DNA of 32,000 nucleotides from Moraxella nasovis (GTDB lineage Bacteria; Pseudomonadota; Gammaproteobacteria; Pseudomonadales; Moraxellaceae): NCBI RefSeq assembly GCF_022701215.1, contig NZ_CP089976.1, positions 1,920,001 to 1,952,000 of the forward strand, read 5' to 3'. Shown piece by piece: positions 24,634 to 32,000 of this stretch (position 1 is its first letter; each line of letters starts with the position of its first letter). The notes under the pieces were generated by a model. It saw only the letters and a program-made list of their open reading frames with translations, ran no database searches and was not told where the DNA came from. The position numbers and the translations under genes were made by a program.

Positions 24634-24742
24634 TGACAGTTTTTTGATGAGTTAAGTTTTTGACGCAATCAGGTACAATATCTTTTTTTATGACCACAAG
24701 TCTTTAATGACAGTTTTTTGATGAGTTAAGGTAAAATACATC

Positions 24743-25855
24743 ATGACAAACACCAATAACCAAGCTTGTGACAAAGCGAATAACCATAAAGTCGCTCACG
24801 TTCAGCTAACCAAGCACCGTGCTACCACAGGGCATATCATGCCAAAAGGTTCGGTATTAGGGGCGTTGGTGTTTTTGATGGTTTCGGCGGCAGGCGGTAT
24901 TTGGCTTATGCAAAATTCCATCAATGCTTATTATATACAGACTTACCACACACCAAGCCCCATGGCAAGCATAGATAATCCTGCGTGGCGATTGGGCGGT
25001 AAGATTGGTAATGAGCTGTATGCTCGCTATGGGGTGATGACTGGTCATATTGCTAAGTTTAATGAGTTGCAGGTGGCAAATTTTAATGCAAATTTTATCC
25101 CCACGCCAACTGCCAAACAGATACAGCAAACAGCGGATAATCCAATCATCACAGAGCCTATGTCGGCAGATACACAACAAGACGCACTTGATGACAGACA
25201 AGCTAAGATTGCCCACTCATTGACCATCAATTCATCCCAAAAAGTACTCTTTGCAGGCGATTCAATGATGCAAGGGATTGCCCCACACATTCAAAAACAT
25301 CTGCAATCTTTGGGGATTGATTCAGTGAACCTAAGCAAACAAAGCACAGGACTTGCCTACCCAAAATTATTTGACTGGTCAAAGACCATCAAAGAAGCAC
25401 TCACCAAAGACAGTAGTATCAAGGTGTTAATGGTCATGCTAGGTCCAAATGACCCTTGGGATATGCCAGCGTCTGATGGGCGTTATCTGAAGTTTGACAC
25501 TGCCGAGTGGCATACTGAATATCAATCTCGCATGGCAGACATCATCAATTTTGCCACAGAGCGTGGCGTGGGTGTTATTTGGATTACGCCACCAAATATG
25601 AAAAAAGCCAAACTCAATCAGCAGATGATGATCCTAAATGACGTGATGGCAAAAGAGCTTGATCGCCATTTGGTAAAAGTCATTGACTCACGTCCTATTA
25701 TGGGTGGGGTTGATGGGGTGTATCATGAGTATCTTAGCAAAGATGGCAAACAGATTAAGATGAGAACAGGCGATGGCATTCATTTTTCTGTGGCAGGACA
25801 AAAAATTCTAGCAAATCAGGTACAATCGTATCTTATCATTAACAATCAACCCTAA
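24743..25855 (+). CDS. Membrane-anchored periplasmic SGNH/GDSL-family protein, PatB-like candidate O-acetyltransferase
   Basis: N-terminal TM anchor VLGALVFLMVSAAGGIWLM. SGNH block I VLFAGDSMMQG, block III VMLGPNDPWD, block V GDGIHFSVAG (Asp-x-x-His). It lies directly downstream of the MBOAT gene. Confidence 0.6.
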   Translation: MTNTNNQACDKANNHKVAHVQLTKHRATTGHIMPKGSVLGALVFLMVSAAGGIWLMQNSINAYYIQTYHTPSPMASIDNPAWRLGGKIGNELYARYGVMTGHIAKFNELQVANFNANFIPTPTAKQIQQTADNPIITEPMSADTQQDALDDRQAKIAHSLTINSSQKVLFAGDSMMQGIAPHIQKHLQSLGIDSVNLSKQSTGLAYPKLFDWSKTIKEALTKDSSIKVLMVMLGPNDPWDMPASDGRYLKFDTAEWHTEYQSRMADIINFATERGVGVIWITPPNMKKAKLNQQMMILNDVMAKELDRHLVKVIDSRPIMGGVDGVYHEYLSKDGKQIKMRTGDGIHFSVAGQKILANQVQSYLIINNQP

Positions 25856-25915
25856 ATCTTGCAATCACGCCATACTATTTTGGTCGTATCATCACAATAA
25901 TTATGAGTATCTTTT

Positions 25916-27091
25916 ATGAAAAATTGTAATTTTACTAATAAATATAACCCACTTACCACTTTGGTTAAGTCGTCTTTGTTCTTATTGGCAGGACTTGCGA
26001 CTTGGGCAAATGCTAATTATTTGACCAACTTTGGCGACCCAAACACCAATCAGCTTATCAATGGTCTTAATCAGCATAGTGTGCATATTGTTGTGTTAGG
26101 CGACAGTCATACCGCAGGCGATACGATGACTGATGCTTTGCGTCGCTATCTACAAGATGAGCTTGGTGATGGTGGTATGGGCTGGGCGATGCCAATGTAT
26201 ATTAAAGGGCAACGCATGGCTCGCTTTGGCTATGATAATAATGCTTTTTCGTATGTGTATAGTCGCACTAATACTCACGAAAATTACACATTAGGGGGTA
26301 TGATTGCCAAGCCTAACACAGTTGGTGCGACATTGACACTTAAACCAAAACACACCGAATCCCCCCAACAGCTGATGATGACGCTACGCCAAGACGCTGG
26401 CGATGGCGTATTTCATGCAACCGATATGGCAGGGCGGACATTTGAGATAGAAAGTCCGACCAAAGACGGCACTTGGCAGACGGTATCCTTAGGGCAAGTA
26501 CAGCTTCCTATCACCCTAACCAATGCCAATGCAAGCAATTTAGCAATCGGTGGGTGGTGGGCATTTAATCCTAATGGGCGTGGGGCGGTGGTGTCTGCTT
26601 TGGGCATCAATGGGGCTCAGTTGTCGCAATTTAACCGCTGGAACACACAAGCATGGCAACGTGAGCTTGGGGTGATTTCGCCCACTGTGGTTGCTTTGGC
26701 GTATGGCACGAATGAAGGTTATAACGCCATCACAGGCGAACAGATGAGCCATGAACTAACGACTCGCATTCGCCAAATTCGCAAAGCTGTGCCTAATGCG
26801 GTCGTTTTAATCATCTCAGCACCAGAATCTTTAAAATCCTTATCTGGTCGCTGTGGCGTACGTCCTAGCACGCTTGACGATGTACAATCAGCACAAAGAC
26901 GTGTCGCCCAGCACGAACGCACATTATATTGGGATTGGCAAGGCTATATGGGTGGCGTGTGTACGATGAAATCTTGGGTAAATAGCGGACGTGCCAGTAA
27001 AGACGGTGTGCATTTTTTGGCGACAGGTTATACACAAATTGGTCATCAATTGGCAAAAGATTTATTGATGCTGGCAGAACCCAAAAGATAG
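25916..27091 (+). CDS. Secreted SGNH hydrolase with an insert domain, Ape1-like candidate O-acetylpeptidoglycan esterase
   Basis: Signal peptide (..LFLLAGLATWANA). Block I HIVVLGDSHTAGD, then about 150 aa of non-SGNH sequence (..TLTLKPKH...FEIESPTKDGTWQTVSLGQVQLPITLTNA..IGGWWAF), then block II VSALGINGAQ, block III ALAYGTNEG and block V KDGVHFLATGY. A split SGNH fold with an inserted beta-sandwich is the architecture described for Neisseria Ape1. Confidence 0.6.
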   Translation: MKNCNFTNKYNPLTTLVKSSLFLLAGLATWANANYLTNFGDPNTNQLINGLNQHSVHIVVLGDSHTAGDTMTDALRRYLQDELGDGGMGWAMPMYIKGQRMARFGYDNNAFSYVYSRTNTHENYTLGGMIAKPNTVGATLTLKPKHTESPQQLMMTLRQDAGDGVFHATDMAGRTFEIESPTKDGTWQTVSLGQVQLPITLTNANASNLAIGGWWAFNPNGRGAVVSALGINGAQLSQFNRWNTQAWQRELGVISPTVVALAYGTNEGYNAITGEQMSHELTTRIRQIRKAVPNAVVLIISAPESLKSLSGRCGVRPSTLDDVQSAQRRVAQHERTLYWDWQGYMGGVCTMKSWVNSGRASKDGVHFLATGYTQIGHQLAKDLLMLAEPKR

Positions 27092-27249
27092 CCATATTTT
27101 TTGCCATATAAATGGTGGATAATGGCGGTAGTGCTTAAGTTATTGATTAACGCAATTTTCAAGCCCAAAGAACGCTCTTAAATGCAGTCATTAGGCAGGC
27201 ACTATACGCATTTACTAGAAAAATAGTATCATTTTTATAAGAAATATCA

Positions 27250-27278
27250 TTGAGTATTATGTTATTTCTCGTTATAAT
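27250..27278 (+). promoter_or_regulatory. Candidate sigma70 promoter for ppsA
   Basis: TTGAGT (27250-27255), a 17-nt spacer, then TATAAT (27273-27278), about 67 nt upstream of the ppsA ATG. A 7-bp hairpin TCGTAAA...TTTACGA follows in the putative leader. Confidence 0.45.
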
Positions 27279-27344
27279 TTCGTAAACGTTAAGTAGTTTT
27301 ACGACTTCTTGATAAATTCTTAATAAAATAAAAGGTATCGTACT

Positions 27345-29705
27345 ATGGCACAAGTCATTGCTTTTAATCAACTGGGTAAAGATGATGTGGAGATTGTCGG
27401 TGGCAAGAACGCATCATTGGGTGAGATGATTAGTAACCTTGCCAATGTGGGTGTAAGTGTACCCAATGGCTTTGCGACCACCGCTGACGCTTTTAACCGA
27501 TTTTTGAATGAAACAGGCTTGCTTGATAAAATCAATGCCGAGCTTAAAAGTCTAGATGTTGATGATGTTGAGCAGTTGGCACAAGTGGGTGCTAAGGTGC
27601 GTGGTTGGGTCATCGCCCAAGAGCTACCTGCCGACTTAGAACGTGAAATCCGCCAAGCCTACGATGAGCTGACAGGTGGGCAAGATGTGGCGGTGGCGGT
27701 GCGTTCAAGTGCGACTGCCGAAGATTTGCCTGATGCGTCCTTTGCAGGTCAGCAAGAGACCTTTTTGAATATTCGTGGCATTGATAATGTGCTGATTGCC
27801 ATTAAAGAAGTATTTGCCAGTTTATACAACGACCGTGCCATCGCTTATCGTGTGCATAAAGGCTTTGAACACGCTGGCGTGGCATTGTCAGCAGGCATTC
27901 AGCGTATGGTACGCTCAGAGACAGGCACGTCTGGGGTGATGTTTAGTATTGATACTGAAAGCGGTTTTGATGAAGTGGTATTTATCACCGCAAGCTATGG
28001 TTTGGGTGAGATGGTGGTGCAAGGGGCGGTCAATCCTGATGAGTTTTATTTATCAAAAGCCCTGCTTGCCCAAAACCGCCCAGCCGTGGTTCGCCGTAAT
28101 CTTGGCTCTAAGCAAATCAAGATGGTCTATGGCGATGAAGGCACGACCAAACGCTCCACCAAGATTGTTGATGTGGATAAAGCGGAGCGTCAAGCGTTTG
28201 CTTTGACCACAGATGAGCTGACACGCCTTGCCCATCAAGCCATCATCATTGAAAAGCACTATGGCTGTCCGATGGATATTGAATGGGCAAAAGATGGCGA
28301 CACAGGCGAATTATTCATCGTCCAAGCTCGTCCAGAGACCGTCAAATCTCGCCAAGACAAATCTAGTATGGAGCGTTATGTTATCCAGTCAAAAGGGGCG
28401 AAAGTGTTGTGCGAAGGGCGTTCTATCGGTCAGCGTATCGGTGCAGGCAAGGTGCGTATTGTTACTAGCCTTGCCCAGATGAGCAAAGTCCAAGATGGTG
28501 ATGTACTCGTCTCAGACATGACAGACCCTGATTGGGAGCCTGTGATGAAGCGTGCGTCTGCCATCATCACCAACCGTGGCGGACGTACCTGCCATGCTGC
28601 CATCATCGCTCGTGAGCTTGGCGTGCCTGCCATCGTAGGCTGTGGCAATGCCACCGAGCTACTTAACGATGGACAAGCGGTAACTGTCTCATGTGCCGAG
28701 GGTGATACTGGCTTTATTTATGATGGCGTGCTTGATTTTGAAATCCAAAAAAATTCCATTTCAAATATGCCATCGCTTGATTTTAAAGTGATGATGAATG
28801 TGGGCAACCCAGACCGTGCCTTTGATTTTGCCCAAATTCCCAACCAAGGCGTGGGCTTGGCTCGCTTGGAGTTCATCATCAACCGCATGATTGGCGTACA
28901 CCCCAAGGCACTTTTGAACATAGACAGCTTACCCCAAGAGACCCAGACCCAAGTCTTTGAGCGTATCGCAGGTTATAATTCACCTGTGGAGTTTTATATC
29001 AACAAACTCATTGAAGGCATCTCAACGCTTGCCGTGGCGTTCCGTGATAAGCCTGTCATCGTGCGTATGAGCGACTTTAAATCCAACGAATACGCCAACC
29101 TATTAGGCGGTAAGCTTTATGAGCCACACGAAGAAAACCCCATGCTAGGCTTTCGTGGGGCGAGCCGTTATGTGTCGGATAATTTTTGTGATTGCTTTGA
29201 ATTAGAATGTCGTGCATTAAAATATGTGCGTGATGACATGGGGCTAACCAACGTCAAAATCATGATTCCTTTTGTGCGTACCACAGACGAAGCTCGCCAA
29301 GTCATTGAATTACTTGATAAAAACGGCTTAAAACGTGGCGATAATGGCTTAGAAATCATCATGATGTGCGAGTTGCCAACGAACGCACTCTTGGCTGATG
29401 AGTTCTTAGAGTATTTTGATGGATTTTCTATCGGCTCAAATGATTTGACCCAATTAACGCTTGGGCTTGACCGTGATAGCGGTATCGTGTCGCACTTATT
29501 TGATGAGCGAGACCCTGCGGTCAAAAAACTCTTAGGCATGGCGATAGAAGCTTGCCGTAAGCAGGGCAAATATGTCGGCATTTGCGGTCAAGGTCCGTCT
29601 GACCACCCAGACCTTGCCAAGTGGCTGATGGAGCAAGGGATTAGCTCAGTATCACTAAACCCTGATACGGTGCTAGATACTTGGCTGTTCCTTGCCGATA
29701 AGTGA
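27345..29705 (+). CDS. ppsA: Phosphoenolpyruvate synthase (pyruvate, water dikinase)
   Basis: 786 aa. N-terminus [20 protein letters not shown], phosphohistidine swivel motif [21 protein letters not shown], and a C-terminal PEP-utilising TIM barrel ([18 protein letters not shown]). Confidence 0.97.
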   Translation: MAQVIAFNQLGKDDVEIVGGKNASLGEMISNLANVGVSVPNGFATTADAFNRFLNETGLLDKINAELKSLDVDDVEQLAQVGAKVRGWVIAQELPADLEREIRQAYDELTGGQDVAVAVRSSATAEDLPDASFAGQQETFLNIRGIDNVLIAIKEVFASLYNDRAIAYRVHKGFEHAGVALSAGIQRMVRSETGTSGVMFSIDTESGFDEVVFITASYGLGEMVVQGAVNPDEFYLSKALLAQNRPAVVRRNLGSKQIKMVYGDEGTTKRSTKIVDVDKAERQAFALTTDELTRLAHQAIIIEKHYGCPMDIEWAKDGDTGELFIVQARPETVKSRQDKSSMERYVIQSKGAKVLCEGRSIGQRIGAGKVRIVTSLAQMSKVQDGDVLVSDMTDPDWEPVMKRASAIITNRGGRTCHAAIIARELGVPAIVGCGNATELLNDGQAVTVSCAEGDTGFIYDGVLDFEIQKNSISNMPSLDFKVMMNVGNPDRAFDFAQIPNQGVGLARLEFIINRMIGVHPKALLNIDSLPQETQTQVFERIAGYNSPVEFYINKLIEGISTLAVAFRDKPVIVRMSDFKSNEYANLLGGKLYEPHEENPMLGFRGASRYVSDNFCDCFELECRALKYVRDDMGLTNVKIMIPFVRTTDEARQVIELLDKNGLKRGDNGLEIIMMCELPTNALLADEFLEYFDGFSIGSNDLTQLTLGLDRDSGIVSHLFDERDPAVKKLLGMAIEACRKQGKYVGICGQGPSDHPDLAKWLMEQGISSVSLNPDTVLDTWLFLADK

Positions 29706-29785
29706 TTTAATCCTAAGTTAATATTTGTCTATTGGCTTTATTTGTGTTAAAACCGATAGATTAAGACCTATGGTATTAACGTGAT

Positions 29786-29826
29786 GGCACTATTTGCTAA
29801 AGATTAGGCAAATAGTGCCTAGTTTT
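29786..29826 (+). terminator. Possible ppsA terminator hairpin
   Basis: Perfect 12-bp stem GGCACTATTTGC (29786-29797) / GCAAATAGTGCC (29808-29819) with a 10-nt loop, followed by TAGTTTT (a weak U-tract). It lies about 80 nt after the ppsA stop. Confidence 0.5.
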
Positions 29827-30232
29827 AAGATTTTTTAACTCTAGCCATCAAAATTGGGTAAATCCTGCCAATTAACGAAACCTAAAAAATAGCGTCAGTC
29901 CAACAACAGCCAATATTTTATGTATTTATCATTAACATTAGATAAGTTTTGTTGATAATAAGAGCTTAAAATAAAACGATGATTGATTGATAAATCTTCT
30001 ACAAAACAACAAAAATACAGCTAAAATCTAGTTGCATTTTTGTTGCTTTAAAAAACCACCATTAACTCATGTGATAAGGTAGCTTGTGATCAATTTTTTG
30101 TAGTTTCGAAGCTTAAATTGTTAGTTGCACAGCAATTTTGTTTTAAAGTTAAGGTGAATTAAGTTTGTGAATTGTCAGGTTTGTTCTGATAATTAAAGTC
30201 TATGGTATTTTTTTAAAAAGTTAAGAGTTTTT

Positions 30233-31438
30233 ATGATTAAAGATAACTTTTTTGGTAGCCCAAATATTAGTCGTTACACATTATTTACATTATTGTTTCA
30301 AATGGGTATGGCGATTTCTTTGGCAGCTATGCCTATTTATTTTAAAAATGAAAATGCTGTTTCTGCTTATGGTGTGGCGTATTCAGTCATGGCGATTACG
30401 GGAGCATTTTCTTTTGTTTATGGTTTGTTTGTAGATAGAATTGGTTTTTCTAAAGCATTGTTGTTTGGAGTGATGTTATACGGTGTTGCTTTATGTATGA
30501 GAGTATTTACCAATCCAATCATTGCGGTAATAACGGCAATTATGGCAGGGTTGGGTGCTTCTGTTGCTATCCTTGCTAATCGCTCTTGGGTGTTGCAAAT
30601 CTCACAAACAAGTAATGCTAATACCACTCAACTGACCGCAATGCGATCAATGCTTGGTAATATTAGTATATTGCTTGGCACAGCTCTTGTTTCTCTAGCG
30701 GCATATTTGTTTGAATCTATTTATTTTTATTTGTTAATATTAGCGGGATTATTGGTTTTTGGTTCAAATTATTTTGCTTTTCAAAACTATAAAATAATTA
30801 AATTGGAGAAGACAAATAAGAGTAGCTTGCAGCGAGAAAATATTTTTAAAAGTGAAAAAATAAACTTTACAATCATTTTATTTATGTTTGCTAATATGCT
30901 TTCAGGGGTTTATACAGGACTATTTAAACCTTATCTGATTTTAATGTTTGTGGATTATGGCGTGTCGGAACATAAATCAATATTTATTTATCTTTTAACT
31001 ACTTTGGTATCCATATTATCAGGATTTTATTTATTAAAATATCATCATTTCATGAAAAATGTACCTTTCTCGGGATTTTTTATAGCGATGATTTCTCTTG
31101 CTTTCGTTTTTTTTGCCATGTTTGTTGGTCTAAGATATAATTTGGGCATTTGGTTTTTGTTTTTTTTAGTTCTTAGTCGTAGTGTATTTTTGAGCCTATC
31201 TAGCTCTTTTGAACAGGTTTTGGAATATGAGCTATTTAATAAAGCAACTTTAGCAATGGCTTTGGGGCTTACACAAACTTCTTTTTTGGCAGGAGATGCT
31301 CTTGGTTCATTAGTTACAAGTCTGTGGATTGATCCAAAAAATATTCATGATTATGCTAAAATTTGTTCATATTGTTCTATATTGGTGTTATTTCATATGA
31401 TAATATTATTTATTTTAAAAAAATATAAAAAAATATAA
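30233..31438 (+). CDS. MFS-type transporter (12 predicted TM segments), substrate unknown
   Basis: 6+6 hydrophobic segments split by a charged central loop (KIIKLEKTNKSSLQRENIFKSEK). MFS motif-A-like GLFVDRIGFSK between TM2 and TM3. Composition is markedly AT-rich and the codon usage is enriched in TTT, AAA, TTA and ATT. Confidence 0.75.
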   Translation: MIKDNFFGSPNISRYTLFTLLFQMGMAISLAAMPIYFKNENAVSAYGVAYSVMAITGAFSFVYGLFVDRIGFSKALLFGVMLYGVALCMRVFTNPIIAVITAIMAGLGASVAILANRSWVLQISQTSNANTTQLTAMRSMLGNISILLGTALVSLAAYLFESIYFYLLILAGLLVFGSNYFAFQNYKIIKLEKTNKSSLQRENIFKSEKINFTIILFMFANMLSGVYTGLFKPYLILMFVDYGVSEHKSIFIYLLTTLVSILSGFYLLKYHHFMKNVPFSGFFIAMISLAFVFFAMFVGLRYNLGIWFLFFLVLSRSVFLSLSSSFEQVLEYELFNKATLAMALGLTQTSFLAGDALGSLVTSLWIDPKNIHDYAKICSYCSILVLFHMIILFILKKYKKI

Positions 31439-31669
31439 AGGAGCTGTGCTAGATTAGCCTTACATTGCCACCATTTTCTTACTATTTTAGGCTGGTTGCA
31501 GGCAAGCCTAGTTAACTCTTAAACTTTTGTCTATCATAAAAAGGTAAACGTTTTTCTTGTTAATACCGCTGTATGTGCCTTAGCGTCTTTAACCACCATA
31601 TAAACCTTGCATACGCTTATTTTTGATAAAGTCAAAAATAATTGCAACTATATCACTAAATAAATTTAC

Positions 31670-31698
31670 TTGTATCAACCCCCATTTTTGGTTACAAT
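31670..31698 (+). promoter_or_regulatory. Candidate sigma70 promoter for the downstream GYF_2 gene
   Basis: TTGTAT (31670-31675), a 17-nt spacer, then TACAAT (31693-31698), 27 nt upstream of the ATG at 31725. Confidence 0.4.
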
Positions 31699-31724
31699 AG
31701 CCCAAATTTTAACCCTATTTTATC

Positions 31725-32000
31725 ATGAAAATCTATTTAGCACGCAATAATATCCAAGCAGGTCCTTATGGGTTAGATGAAATAAACCACATGTTAGCAA
31801 GCAATGAAGTTTTGTTGACGGATTTGATGTGGCATAAGGGCATGACGACATGGCAAGCAGTGGGAGAAGTCACCAAAGGGGCTTTAACATATCAGCCAAA
31901 CCTTGATTTAGGTACAGCACAGCCTGAACCACAAGCAGGTGCTTTTGGTGATAATGTTGAAATGCGTGACGCCAAAAGACGTATTAGCGTGGCAGAATTA
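31725..32000 (+). CDS. GYF_2 (DUF4339)-domain protein, 5' fragment; continues past the window end
   Basis: My own translation: MKIYLARNNIQAGPYGLDEINHMLASNEVLLTDLMWHKGMTTWQAVGEVTKG... This matches the GYF_2 pattern (W/IY.a.ngq..GP....el......g.l...dLvW..GM..W..a.ev). It is open in frame to position 32000, so it has no stop and is absent from the ORF track. Confidence 0.6.
   Translation, partial: MKIYLARNNIQAGPYGLDEINHMLASNEVLLTDLMWHKGMTTWQAVGEVTKGALTYQPNLDLGTAQPEPQAGAFGDNVEMRDAKRRISVAEL

Noticed and set aside
11448-27091. A single cell-envelope island linking MscS, the OmpA-lipoprotein/adhesin pair and the peptidoglycan O-acetylation cluster.
   Set aside because: The units are separated by strong terminators and by the unrelated metabolic genes sthA and ppsR on the opposite strand. 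The functional theme is loose, and nothing in the sequence (shared repeats, mobility genes or boundaries) ties them together.
22862-27344. A mobile-element origin for the three-gene insertion between ppsR and ppsA.
   Set aside because: I saw no transposase or integrase, no terminal inverted repeats, no flanking tRNA or direct-repeat att-like sites, and no obvious GC shift relative to the neighbours. It is reported only as a synteny break.
27159-27371. A 70-aa minus-strand ORF in the SGNH-ppsA spacer.
   Set aside because: It lies in AT-rich promoter DNA and starts inside ppsA on the opposite strand. It overlaps the predicted ppsA promoter and has no RBS or recognisable motif. This is a typical spurious AT-rich ORF.

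Overview
This looks like a chromosomal, mostly housekeeping window from a Moraxellaceae-like gammaproteobacterium. That taxon call is my impression from the protein sequences; no search was run.

Gene order: dnaE 5' end (-), a 700-bp AT-rich intergenic region, recC-recB-recD (+), an MscS-family channel (+), an 88-bp perfect octanucleotide microsatellite, an OmpA-domain lipoprotein (+), a 2110-aa Bap/LapA-like type I-secreted adhesin (+), a convergent terminator pair, sthA and ppsR (-), an MBOAT plus two SGNH genes (+), ppsA (+), a very AT-rich MFS transporter gene (+), and the start of a GYF_2-domain gene (+).

I found no CRISPR array, tRNA, rRNA, transposase, integrase or recognisable defence system.

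The regions most worth a second look:
- Adhesin module: 11 perfect copies of ATACTATC, ending in a 19-bp palindrome, sit upstream of the OmpA-lipoprotein/adhesin pair. The adhesin carries nucleotide-identical tandem repeats (3 x 327 nt and 5 x 318 nt) and a LapG-like poly-Ala site. No T1SS, lapG or lapD gene is in the window.
- PatA/PatB/Ape1-like cluster: this candidate peptidoglycan O-acetylation cluster is wedged between ppsR and ppsA, which are normally adjacent and divergent.
- Low-GC MFS islet next to ppsA.

All functional calls rest on motif recognition by eye and need HMM/BLAST confirmation.
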